Positions 17,801-25,654 are shown, counted from the stretch's first letter. The stretch is 64,000 nt of DNA from an uncultured Planctomycetales bacterium (GCA_964342475.1 CAYFGE010000001.1:315113-379112); one strand, 5' to 3'. A program made the numbers and translations. The notes: generated by a model from the letters alone, not told the origin.

Positions 17801-19126
17801 GCGCGCCTCGCCGCCGCGCGGGAGGACGGGTCGGAGGGAGCCGGGGCCGCCGGAGCGGCCCCCGAAGCGGACGCCGACGAGGCCGCCTGGGAGCCGTGGA
17901 TCCGCGCCGGCCGCGGCCGCGCCACCCTGATCCGGAATGCGCGGGTCCACCCCGTCTCCGCCGCCCCCTTCGACGGCGAGATCCTGATCCACGACGGCCG
18001 CATCACCTGGACCGGCCCGCGCTGGGACGGCCCGCTCCCGGCCGGCTGCGAGGTGGTCGACGCCGGCGGTCTGCACGCCTACCCCGGCTTCCTCAACGCC
18101 GGCGACGTCACCGGCCTGTGGGAGATCGGCTCGCTGCGCGCCTCGCGCGACGACGCCGAGACCGGCACCGACCAGCCCGACCTCTCGGTGGCCAGCGCGA
18201 TCCACGCCGACAGCAAGCACCCGCGCGTCACCCGCCTGAACGGCGTGACCCACGTGCTGGCGCGACCGACGCAGGGCCGCATCCGCGGCCGGGCGGCGCT
18301 GATCCAGCTCGACGGCGACTCGCCCGAGGCGATGGTCACCGTGCCCGACCTCGCCCTGTGCATCGCCTTCCCGCGCGCCCGCGCGCCGAAGCCGGGCCAG
18401 GAGCCCGAGCGCCCCGACGCCGTCGACGAGCTCGACGAGTGGTTCGACCAGGCCCTCGCCCTGGGCGAGCGCATCGACCGCCAGCGCGCGGCGGGCGCGC
18501 CGCTGCCGCCGCCCGACCCCAAGCACGAGGCGCTGGTCCCCTTCGCCCGCGGCGAGAAGCCGGTGATCCTCGAGGCCGAGGACCTGTGGACGCTCATGGC
18601 CGCCCGCGAGTGGGCTGCCGCGCGCGGCCTCGACGTGATCTACGCCGGCGCGCAGGACGCGTGGAAGGCGGCCGGCCACTTCGGCGCCGACGGCGCGCGC
18701 ATGATCCTCGGCCCGGTCCACGCCCTGCCGCGCGGCGAGCACGACCCCTTCGACGCGCCCTACCGCAACGCCGGCGTGCTCGAGGCGGCCGGCTGCGCCG
18801 TGGCGCTGCGCACGGCCAACCCCGAGGTCACCCGCAACCTCCCCTTCCAGGCCGCCACCGCCGCGACCCACGGCTGGAGCCAGGAGGCCGCCCTGCGGGC
18901 GATCACCCTCGGCGCGGCCGAGGTGCTCGGCGTCGAGCGCTTCACCGGCAGCCTCGAGGCCGGCAAGGCCGCCAACCTGTTCCTCGCCGAGGGGGACCCG
19001 ATGGACTTCCCCGGCGCCGTCCGCCGCATGTGGATCGGCGGACGCGAGGTCGAGCTGAGCAGCCACCAGACCGAGCTGCGCGACCGCTACCGCTCGCGGA
19101 TCGACCGCATGGCGGCCCAGGACTGA
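14837..19126 (+). CDS. Secreted 1429-aa three-module amidohydrolase-superfamily protein (only the middle module keeps the HxH metal motif)
   Basis: An internal ATG of track ORF 12944..19126 gives the signal peptide MPATPALLFAFLSLFAAQ. Module 2 has MPGIIDAHSHLALDS (D-A-H-S-H at 16772-16786). Modules 1 and 3 carry YPGLVHADFS and YPGFLNAGDV at the equivalent position. Confidence 0.8.
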   Translation: MPATPALLFAFLSLFAAQEPREGDLVLRDLRCWTGPGEVSAPRTLLVQDGRAFPVEDLDSALRRAPGARVVVAEEDWILYPGLVHADFSAEFDAPEESPYAERATDTREDVMPAMEYGARRALRGWLNAADVAVWKPEQGESWREAGFTTAHLVPKAGVLAGRSALVSLNGEPLGGALLAREGRVVHGLRGRGGYPGTPMAALALLRQLFLDADRARAGHGSRFESPDLAAVGDGIFLADSPRAIENVLDLLRDHAGGGAGSVVLGGSGAWKHAERLRAQGVGVVFVLDLDEAPKGDDELKTAPEDARPWWQAPPRLREELRREHAETVAEFRRLREAGVACALAPSGSAKAWREAVAQLVEDGLDAEELIAATSRDVLAVLGLATDPAAADFVVSRGPLDPADPDLAWVLAGGAAWEWLAEDDETEGAEGAAPAADSGSMAGDWLVSFDTPMGAQEFGMELVPDEGGVLLFDPKDPSGREEARDIRYRDGGVSFGFTPPDFNMPMELSVTLGADDGRGTLKIPGMGVELPVEVERMADESAAPPAAAPVAEADDDAAEEAASDPALGHPAWPVETRADRAPAHALAGEVLLRGGTLWTMTGDEPAVGDLLIRDGRIAAVGGAIAAPDGVPVIDAAGWHLMPGIIDAHSHLALDSINEGSVAITAECRVGDMIHPEDLGIWRAAAGGTAVVQSLHGSANPVGGQAAVWELDYHAPSIAGLLVPDAMQGIKFALGENVKRSNGSGWGQRFPGSRAGVEAVYRRAFQRAQHYAEERAAFERGENPGFRRDVRLEVLAGVLANEIHIQCHGYRADELLMFLRVCAEFGIERPTFQHVLEGYKIAPEMAAAGAMGSTFSDWWAYKLEVIDAIPWNPALMQRAGVTASINSDSDEMIRRLNTEAGKALRYGRVGWQEAMAMCTTASAEQLRLEQRLGKLAPGYDGTVSVFDAPPLSTRARCVLTLARGRVLFERAADHDARWAAYAEGAAAFAARLAAAREDGSEGAGAAGAAPEADADEAAWEPWIRAGRGRATLIRNARVHPVSAAPFDGEILIHDGRITWTGPRWDGPLPAGCEVVDAGGLHAYPGFLNAGDVTGLWEIGSLRASRDDAETGTDQPDLSVASAIHADSKHPRVTRLNGVTHVLARPTQGRIRGRAALIQLDGDSPEAMVTVPDLALCIAFPRARAPKPGQEPERPDAVDELDEWFDQALALGERIDRQRAAGAPLPPPDPKHEALVPFARGEKPVILEAEDLWTLMAAREWAAARGLDVIYAGAQDAWKAAGHFGADGARMILGPVHALPRGEHDPFDAPYRNAGVLEAAGCAVALRTANPEVTRNLPFQAATAATHGWSQEAALRAITLGAAEVLGVERFTGSLEAGKAANLFLAEGDPMDFPGAVRRMWIGGREVELSSHQTELRDRYRSRIDRMAAQD

Positions 19127-19155
19127 GGCCGGCCCCGCGGCCCGCGCGGGCGGAG

Positions 19156-19161
19156 TAGGAT
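19156..19161 (+). promoter_or_regulatory. -10-like box TAGGAT upstream of paralog A
   Basis: ggag-TAGGAT-ggatcctcctccgcccgccacc-ATG (19184). The box overlaps the alternative ATG at 19160. Confidence 0.35.
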
Positions 19162-19183
19162 GGATCCTCCTCCGCCCGCCACC

Positions 19184-20548
19184 ATGATCCGCCACCTCGT
19201 CGCCCTCCTCCTCCTGGGCGGCTCCCTGCCGGCGCAGACCGATCTCCACCTGGAGGAGATCCGCGCGCTGCCGGCGCTGGGGGTCTCCAGCGATCACGCC
19301 GTCGTCGCCCTGAACCGCAGCGGCGACCTCCTCGTCGCCTGGCAGAGCCTGTCCCGCGCGGGCTCGACCACCCGCCAGGTCGAGGCCGTCCTCCTGCCCC
19401 GCACCGGCCCCGGGAGCTGGGCCTTCCCCGCCGCGGGCGAGGTGCTCCTGCTCGGCGACCCGGCGCCGTCGCGGATGGGCAACGACACCTGCCAGAAGCC
19501 TGTGGCGGTGGCGCTCGACGAGGACTTCCTCGTCGGCTGGATCCGCGCCGACCAGGCCAGCCAGACGGCCCGCGTCGAGCTCGTCCGCGTCCTGCCGGGC
19601 GGCATCGTGGACGCGCCGCAGCCCGGGGTGGGCTGGACCGCCACGCCGGACTACCCCTGCGGCTCCTCCGGCCGCACCCTCGCGCTGTGCCGCCGCACCT
19701 TCGACCCGGACCGCCCGGGACGGCGGCTCGACACCTCGGTCCACTTCGTCACCGTGACCGAGACGCGGCGCGACGGGGTGCAGCGCGACTACCGCCTGGA
19801 GGCCTGGACCGCGGACTTCAAGAAGTCGCCCGGCCACGCTCCGGACACGGCCGGCCCGTGGCCCCTGGCCGAGGGGGTGGCCGTCGACCTCGCCGTGCCG
19901 GGCGGCCACGGGCGCATCCCGCCCTCGGTCCTCGAGGACGACGCGGGGGACCTGCTCCTGGCCTTCGAGGAGTACCGCGCGCAGGCGCGGCATCCCGCGG
20001 CGGGCGGCCACCAGGGAGGCATCCACCTGCGGCGCTTCCTCACCACCCGCAACGGACCGGTGGCGGACGGCGCGCTGCTCCTGCGCGGCGACCACCCGGA
20101 CTGGCTGCAGCGCCGCCCCCACCTCGACGCCTCGCCGCACGACGACAACGACCTCGTCACGCTGTGCTGGACCGAGTTCGACCCCGACGGCGCCCGCGGC
20201 CGCGGACACCAGTACGAGATCCGCTTCCCGGGCGCAGGAGCCGAGGTGGTCGAGGTGCCGCTCCCGGTCGCCGGCGACCCCGCAGCGACCAGCGTGCGCT
20301 CCCTCCACGGCAGCGGCCTGTTCGTCTCGCTGTCCACCCACGACCGGCCGAGCGAGCAGCTGCTCGGCCTGCAGGCTTCGCCTCCCGCAGCCCTGCGCAG
20401 CTGGAGCTTCCCCGGACGGCGGGTGCAGCGCCCGCACGCCGACCTGCGGGACGAGGGCCTCGCGCCCGGCCAGCGCGACCTGGCCATGGCCTTCGACGTC
20501 GATTCGGGCGCAGGAGGCCGCATCCTCCTCGTGGTCTACCGGGTCTGA
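19184..20548 (+). CDS. Secreted hypothetical repeat protein, paralog A (putative 7-bladed beta-propeller-like)
   Basis: The track ORF starts at 19160 (462 aa). I favour ATG 19184 (MIRHLVALLLLGGSLPAQT) because it aligns with the paralog B signal peptide and lies downstream of a TAGGAT box that overlaps ATG 19160. It shares block-wise similarity with 23220..24608. Confidence 0.7.
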   Translation: MIRHLVALLLLGGSLPAQTDLHLEEIRALPALGVSSDHAVVALNRSGDLLVAWQSLSRAGSTTRQVEAVLLPRTGPGSWAFPAAGEVLLLGDPAPSRMGNDTCQKPVAVALDEDFLVGWIRADQASQTARVELVRVLPGGIVDAPQPGVGWTATPDYPCGSSGRTLALCRRTFDPDRPGRRLDTSVHFVTVTETRRDGVQRDYRLEAWTADFKKSPGHAPDTAGPWPLAEGVAVDLAVPGGHGRIPPSVLEDDAGDLLLAFEEYRAQARHPAAGGHQGGIHLRRFLTTRNGPVADGALLLRGDHPDWLQRRPHLDASPHDDNDLVTLCWTEFDPDGARGRGHQYEIRFPGAGAEVVEVPLPVAGDPAATSVRSLHGSGLFVSLSTHDRPSEQLLGLQASPPAALRSWSFPGRRVQRPHADLRDEGLAPGQRDLAMAFDVDSGAGGRILLVVYRV

Positions 20549-20601
20549 AGCCGGCGCCGGGTTCCGCGCCACTTGCCCTGATCCCGGTCACGGGCGTGGT
20601 T

Positions 20602-20607
20602 TAGAAT
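20602..20607 (+). promoter_or_regulatory. -10-like box TAGAAT, 7 nt from the GTG of the aminotransferase gene
   Basis: ggtt-TAGAAT-tgccctc-GTG (20615). Confidence 0.5.
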
Positions 20608-20614
20608 TGCCCTC

Positions 20615-21946
20615 GTGACCGTGAAGACCCCTCCTCGAACCGTGTCCATCCCCGAGGACTGCGGCGCCGACGCGGCCGCCCGCGGGTTCTCCGCCATGGC
20701 CAACGCGATGGTCGGGTCCTCGATCCTGGTCATCGCCAACGAGATCCGCGCGCTCCTGGCCCAGGGCGTCGACGTGGCCAACATGACCGTCGGCGACTTC
20801 GACCCGAAGGAGTTCCCGATCCCCGACCGCTTCCGCGAGCTGCTGCGCGAGGCGATCGACCAGGGCGACACGAACTACCCCCCGCCGGCCGGGCTCACCG
20901 AGCTGCGCCAGGCGGTGCAGCGCCACGTCCAGCGCACGCAGGGGCTCGACTACCCGCTCGACGGCATCGCCGTCGTCAGCGGCGGCCGCCCGGCCCTCTA
21001 CTCGACCTACCGCCTGCTGGTCGATCCCGGTGAGCTGGTCCTGTTCCCCGTCCCCTCGTGGAACAACCACAACTACCGCGACACCTGCCAGGTGCGCGTG
21101 CGGGCGATCCACTGCGGCCCGGAGACGGCCTTCCAGCCGACGGCGGAGGGCATGCGGCCGCACATCGCCGACGCCCGCCTGCTGGTGCTCAACACGCCGC
21201 AGAACCCGAGCGGCGGGGTGATGGTCCGCGAAGAGGTCGAGGCCTTCGGCCACCTCCTGGTCGAGGAGAACGCGCGCCGCGCGCAGAGCGGCCAGAAGCC
21301 GCTCTACCTGCTCTACGACCAGATCTACCGGCCGATCGTGTTCGACCAGCACGCCCACTGGTCGCCCGTCACGCTGGTGCCCGAGTGCGCGCCCTACGTG
21401 ATCCACTCGGACGGCGTGTCCAAGGGCTTCGCCGGCACCGGCCTGCGCTGCGGCTGGCTGTTCGGCCCGCCCGCGATCGCGCGCAAGGTGGTCGCCCTGC
21501 TGACCCACGTCGGCGCCTGGGCGCCCAAGCCGGTGCAGGCCGCCACCGCCCGCTTCCTCGACGACGCCGAGGCGATGGCCGGCTGGGAGGCCGAGATGAT
21601 CCGCCGCGTGCGCGTGCGCCTCGACGCCCTCCACGAGGGCCTCGAGCAGCTGCGCGCCGAGGGCCTGCCGATCGGCTTCATCGAGCCGCAGGGCGCGATC
21701 TACCTGTCGATCCGCTTCGACCTCGCCGGCAAGGTCACCCCGGACGGCAAGGTCCTGCAGAACAACGAGGACATCCGCTCCTACCTGACCCAGGCCGCCC
21801 ACTTCGCCCTGGTGCCCTTCTCCGCCTTCGGCGTGGACGAAGCCCACGAGGACGGGTGGAACCGGGCCAGCGTCGGCGCGGTGAGCGTCGAGCAGGTGCG
21901 CGCCTCGATCCCGCGCCTGCGCGAGGCCCTGCTCGCGCTGCGCTAG
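20615..21946 (+). CDS. Class I/II pyridoxal-phosphate-dependent aminotransferase (aspartate-aminotransferase-like)
   Basis: 443 aa with ...GDTNYPPPAGLTELRQAV...LVLNTPQNPSGG...HSDGVSKGFAGTGLRCGW..., which includes the PLP-lysine context SxxK. GTG start. Confidence 0.85.
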   Translation: MTVKTPPRTVSIPEDCGADAAARGFSAMANAMVGSSILVIANEIRALLAQGVDVANMTVGDFDPKEFPIPDRFRELLREAIDQGDTNYPPPAGLTELRQAVQRHVQRTQGLDYPLDGIAVVSGGRPALYSTYRLLVDPGELVLFPVPSWNNHNYRDTCQVRVRAIHCGPETAFQPTAEGMRPHIADARLLVLNTPQNPSGGVMVREEVEAFGHLLVEENARRAQSGQKPLYLLYDQIYRPIVFDQHAHWSPVTLVPECAPYVIHSDGVSKGFAGTGLRCGWLFGPPAIARKVVALLTHVGAWAPKPVQAATARFLDDAEAMAGWEAEMIRRVRVRLDALHEGLEQLRAEGLPIGFIEPQGAIYLSIRFDLAGKVTPDGKVLQNNEDIRSYLTQAAHFALVPFSAFGVDEAHEDGWNRASVGAVSVEQVRASIPRLREALLALR

Positions 21947-23088
21947 GCGGGCCGCTCGAGGACGAAGGGCAGCTCGGCCACCGGCTCGCCGTTGAGGAAG
22001 AAGCGGATCCGGCAGGGTCCGTCGATCAGCGGCGCGGCGCGCGTGTCGAACAGGCGCTCGCGGCTGCGGACGACCAGCTCCTCGCCGCCGGGCAGCCGCA
22101 GCGGCCGCCCGTGGTAGCGCTTGCGGCGCGGCCGCTGCGGGTTCTTGCCGGGGGTCTCGATCTCGTAGACCAGCTTGGCGCTGGCGGCGCGGCCGCGGTT
22201 GCGCACGCGCAGGTCGAAGGCCAGCATCTGGTTCGGCCGCGCCGTCCCGGGCTCGGCCAGCCGCGCCTCGGCCTCCACCTCGAGGGCCTCGAAGCCGAGC
22301 AGGCGCAGCGCCTGGGGGTCGCCCGCCTTGGTCAGCGTGCGCAGCCCCTTGGCCGCGATGTGGCGCAGCAGCGGCCCCGGCTCCGCCTCCTCCAGCCAGC
22401 CCTGCAACACCTCCTTGGTCAGCTGCGGCCGCGTCCAGGAGATGTCGTTCAGGCAGTTGGCCACCGCGTTGGCCGGGTAGAGCTCCTCCTCGTGCCGCAT
22501 GCGGCGCAGCATCGGCAGGAGCAGGGCGGGCTGCTCGACGGCCCAGCGCAGGTGCTTCACCCACACACCGCGCGGGCGCGTGGCCTCCACCGCGGCGCGG
22601 CGCACGAAGGGCGAGGCGTCCTCGGTCCAGGGCCGCAGCACCTCGAGCACCGGCGGCCCGAGGCGCTCGGCGGCCGGGCGGACGGCGAAGGCCTGCACGG
22701 CCTCGGCCACCCGCTTGTCGCGGTCGGCGGCCATCCGCCGGCAGATCGGCAGCACCAGCTCGGGCTGCTCGCCGAGGACCCGGTCGAGCGCGGCCGGGAC
22801 GAAGAAGCGGATGCGGGCGTCCGGGCTGGAGGCCAGGGCGAGGAGGGGCGGGAGGCGGTCCGGCGCCTCCTCGAGCTGCTCGGCCAGCACCCGCGAGACC
22901 AGGGCCCACTGGTCGAGCAGGGAGGCCTCCCAGTAGCCCGCGGCCACCACGGCCCGCTGCAGGCCCAGAGCTCCCGGCACGCCCGCCTCGAGGCAGGCGG
23001 CCTCCAGCAGGGGCAGGACGGAGTCCTCCGGGGACTCGCGGGAGAGGCCGTCCCCTCCCCGACGGCGGCGGCGCAGCTTGCCGGGCAC
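21943..23088 (-). CDS. DNA alkylation repair (AlkD-like HEAT-repeat) family protein
   Basis: 381 aa. ...FVRRAAVEATRPRGVWVKHL...NAVANCLNDISWTRPQLT... resembles the AlkD-like/YhaZ family from memory. GTG start. Confidence 0.7.
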   Translation of the reverse strand: MPGKLRRRRRGGDGLSRESPEDSVLPLLEAACLEAGVPGALGLQRAVVAAGYWEASLLDQWALVSRVLAEQLEEAPDRLPPLLALASSPDARIRFFVPAALDRVLGEQPELVLPICRRMAADRDKRVAEAVQAFAVRPAAERLGPPVLEVLRPWTEDASPFVRRAAVEATRPRGVWVKHLRWAVEQPALLLPMLRRMRHEEELYPANAVANCLNDISWTRPQLTKEVLQGWLEEAEPGPLLRHIAAKGLRTLTKAGDPQALRLLGFEALEVEAEARLAEPGTARPNQMLAFDLRVRNRGRAASAKLVYEIETPGKNPQRPRRKRYHGRPLRLPGGEELVVRSRERLFDTRAAPLIDGPCRIRFFLNGEPVAELPFVLERPA

Positions 23089-23094
23089 GGCTCC

Positions 23095-23100
23095 AGTCTA
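23095..23100 (-). promoter_or_regulatory. -10-like box TAGACT, 6 nt from the GTG of the AlkD-like gene
   Basis: The plus strand reads agtcta. Spacer ggctcc, start at 23088. Confidence 0.45.
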
Positions 23101-23180
23101 GCCCGCCAGGCCCCCGGCGCATCTGTCCCAGATCTGGACGGATCCGGTCACGAACTCCGGCATCCAGGCATTCTGTCTTG

Positions 23181-23186
23181 TAGGAT
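23181..23186 (+). promoter_or_regulatory. -10-like box TAGGAT upstream of paralog B
   Basis: cttg-TAGGAT-tcgaacgtcccctcctatccctctcctccccgc-TTG (23220). The leader is pyrimidine-rich and has no SD. Confidence 0.35.
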
Positions 23187-23219
23187 TCGAACGTCCCCTC
23201 CTATCCCTCTCCTCCCCGC

Positions 23220-24608
23220 TTGTTCCCCCGCCTCCACCTCCTCCTGCTGGCCACGGCCGGCCTCGCCCCGCCGATCGCGGCGCAGGGCACGGCTCTGCTC
23301 CAGGACGTGATCGAACTGCCCCGGCTGGGCGCCGGCGAGGCCGACCACGCCACGGTGGCGCTGAACGCGAACGGCGACGCCTTCGTGACCTGGCACGCGC
23401 GAAGCTCCTTCGGCGGGCCGCACCAGGTCGAGGGCGTGCTGGTCCGGCGCGGGACCGGCATGAGCTGGGAGATCCCGGCGCCGACCGACACGATCCTGCT
23501 CGGTGATCCCTCGCTGGCCCTGCTCAGCCCCTTCGAGGAGTGCACCAAGCCGGACGTGATCGCCCTGGGCGACGACTTCCTCGTGGTGTGGCCGCGCAAT
23601 GCTCCCTTCAGCGGCTACAGCCAGCTCGAAGCGGCGCTGGTCGTCGTCCCCCCCGCCGGCCCGCCGGTGGTGGACCAGCCCCTGCCCGGCCAGGGCTGGA
23701 CCGTCGACGCCAACCTGGTCGGCGGAGACGCCGGGGTGATGCCCAACCTCAGCGCGCGCGAGGCCTTCCCCGGCACCGCCGCGGTGGTCTACGCCCACGA
23801 GACCTTCGCCCAGGCCGCGCTGCGCGAGTACGAGGTCCGCGCGACGACCCTCGACTTCAGCGTCTCGCCGCCGGTGATCGGCGCTCCCGCCGCCGTCGCC
23901 AACGGAGTGCCGGTCGACAACACGACCTGGGGTCCGGCCGGCGGCCGCGTGCTGCCCGACCTGGTCGAGGACGACCACGGCTACTTCGTGCTGGCCTACG
24001 AGAGCTTCGAGCTGGCCGTCCACCACGGCCTGCCCACCGACGAGGGGCACATCGTGATCCAGCGCCTGCAGGAGAGCGGCGGCGCGTGGAGCGTGCTCGA
24101 GACGCACCTCATGAGCGGGCTGAGCCTCCAGGACCGGCAGCGGCGTCCCAGCCTGGCCACCTCGCGCGCGGACAACGAGAACACGGTCAGCATCTCGTGG
24201 TTCGAGCAGGGCAACGGCTTCCTCGACGACATCGACACCCGCTACGGCGAGATCGAGTTCCTCGGCGGCTCCCAGGTCGGCACGGTCGCGCAGTTCAACT
24301 ACGTGTTCCCGAACCTGCCCAAGCGGGACCACTCGCTGTCGGTGCCGCTGCACTCCCCCGGCTTCCGCACCGTGCTCTGCTCGCGCTGGTACAGCTTCAT
24401 GACCGGCGTGGTGGCCTTCTCGGCCCAGCCCTCGCTGCCGGAGCGCCCGCTGCCGAACCAGCCCAGCTGGTCCTGGCGCCCGGCGGCCGACCTGCTCGAG
24501 ATCGGCGCGCCCGGCACGCGCGACTCGCGGCTGATCGCGGTCAGCTACGAGGCCGACAGCCTCACCACGCCCTACGACGTGATCTTCCTGCAGCTGTTCC
24601 GCCGTTAG
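23220..24608 (+). CDS. Secreted hypothetical repeat protein, paralog B (putative 7-bladed beta-propeller-like)
   Basis: 462 aa. TTG is the only start that keeps the signal peptide MFPRLHLLLLATAGLAPPIAAQ. Blocks shared with paralog A include DHATVALNANGDAFVTWHA, ILLGDP, CTKPDVIALGDDFLVVWPR, LVEDDHGYFVLAYE and RRPSLA...NTVSISWFE. Confidence 0.7.
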   Translation: MFPRLHLLLLATAGLAPPIAAQGTALLQDVIELPRLGAGEADHATVALNANGDAFVTWHARSSFGGPHQVEGVLVRRGTGMSWEIPAPTDTILLGDPSLALLSPFEECTKPDVIALGDDFLVVWPRNAPFSGYSQLEAALVVVPPAGPPVVDQPLPGQGWTVDANLVGGDAGVMPNLSAREAFPGTAAVVYAHETFAQAALREYEVRATTLDFSVSPPVIGAPAAVANGVPVDNTTWGPAGGRVLPDLVEDDHGYFVLAYESFELAVHHGLPTDEGHIVIQRLQESGGAWSVLETHLMSGLSLQDRQRRPSLATSRADNENTVSISWFEQGNGFLDDIDTRYGEIEFLGGSQVGTVAQFNYVFPNLPKRDHSLSVPLHSPGFRTVLCSRWYSFMTGVVAFSAQPSLPERPLPNQPSWSWRPAADLLEIGAPGTRDSRLIAVSYEADSLTTPYDVIFLQLFRR

Positions 24609-25567
24609 GCGGGGCCGGCGGCGAGGCGCTCGCGCAGGGTGCGCCCGACCACCTCGACGGTGAAGCGCACGGCGTCGGTCGGATAGGGCCGCGGCTGCGG
24701 CTCGACCTTGACCAGGCCGCCCTGCTTCTTCGGCGCCACGCGCAGGTAGTAGATCTGCGAGAAGGAGCCGTCGGCGCTCAGCACCTTGAGCAGCCAGCTG
24801 TCGCTGGCGCGGAAGCACTCCTTCACCTCGGCCACCTTGCCGGACTCGCGGAAGCTCTGGCCGACGAGGGCCTCGACGGCCTCGGCGCGGAGGGGCTGGT
24901 CGATGTGGACGCAGTGCATGGCGGGATCGCGGATGATGCGGTCGGCGGCGGCGCCCTCGAGCAGGCGGGCCTCGACGCGGAAGATGTCGCGGCCCTCCTC
25001 GAGCCACTTCTGTTCGTAGCGGGTGCGGAAAGGGCGAGCGGGATCGACCTCGAGCGGGCCGAGCTCGAAGCGCCCGTCCCCCGACAGGAAGTCGTGCGCC
25101 TCGGTGGCGTACCAGCCCTGGTCGGTGACCAGTTCGAAGCTGCCGCCCGGCCGCAGCACCGTGGCGAGGACCGCGGCGAAGCCCGGGCTGCTCACGCGGT
25201 GCTTGGCGTGCTTCTCCTTGGGCCACGGCATCGGGAACTGCATGAGCACCTTCTCGAGCGAGGCGGGCGCGAACAGCTCGCGCAGCAGGGTGCGCGCGTC
25301 GCCGCGCACGAGCCGCAGGTTCTCCAGGCCGGCGCGCTCGAAGTCGCGCGCCGCGCGCCAGACGCACTCGGGCGGCTGCTCGATGCCGACGAGGTTCCAC
25401 TCCGGCTGCTGGGAGGCCCACCAACCGAGGTACTCGCCGCCGCCGAAGCCGACCTCGACGGCCAGCGGCGCGGGGCGACCGAAGATCTCCGCCCAGGCGA
25501 GCGGGTAGCGCTCGGCCTCGTGGGCCGGGACCAGGAAGCGTTCCAGCGCGGACGGGCGGGGTCGCAT
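24605..25567 (-). CDS. trmB: tRNA (guanine-N7)-methyltransferase with a C-terminal extension of about 100 aa
   Basis: An internal ATG of track ORF 24605..26134 gives MRPRPSALERF...LAVEVGFGGGEYLGWWA...LVGIEQ...MQFPMPWPKEKHAKHRV...TDQGWY...RTRYEQKW. The residues after about position 215 have no TrmB counterpart that I recognise. Confidence 0.85.
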   Translation of the reverse strand: MRPRPSALERFLVPAHEAERYPLAWAEIFGRPAPLAVEVGFGGGEYLGWWASQQPEWNLVGIEQPPECVWRAARDFERAGLENLRLVRGDARTLLRELFAPASLEKVLMQFPMPWPKEKHAKHRVSSPGFAAVLATVLRPGGSFELVTDQGWYATEAHDFLSGDGRFELGPLEVDPARPFRTRYEQKWLEEGRDIFRVEARLLEGAAADRIIRDPAMHCVHIDQPLRAEAVEALVGQSFRESGKVAEVKECFRASDSWLLKVLSADGSFSQIYYLRVAPKKQGGLVKVEPQPRPYPTDAVRFTVEVVGRTLRERLAAGPA

Positions 25568-25576
25568 GGATTCCGC

Positions 25577-25582
25577 ATTCTC
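25577..25582 (-). promoter_or_regulatory. -10-like box GAGAAT, 9 nt from the trmB ATG
   Basis: The plus strand reads attctc. The start codon ends at 25567. Confidence 0.35.
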
Positions 25583-25654
25583 CCCGCGCGGCCCGGGGGA
25601 GGGAAGTCCCCGGGAAGGGCTGGATTTCTCCCGCCCGCGAGCCGATTCCTGTCG

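Noticed and set aside
16781-20572. 1263-aa minus-strand ORF
   Set aside because: It is antisense to the amidohydrolase and paralog A genes, has shadow-ORF composition (A/G/R/V/E/D runs) and contains no recognisable domain.
20583-23151. Shared 9-mer CCGGTCACG downstream of paralog A (20584-20592) and upstream of paralog B (23144-23152)
   Set aside because: A single 9-nt GC-rich match in 64 kb on two strands is within chance expectation, and there is no extended similarity around it.
25632-25654. Search for a -35 element or MerR/CueR-type long-spacer dyad upstream of the CCCE ORF
   Set aside because: No TTGACA-like hexamer occurs at 16-19 bp from the TAGACT box and I found no dyad, so metal-responsive regulation cannot be inferred from this sequence.
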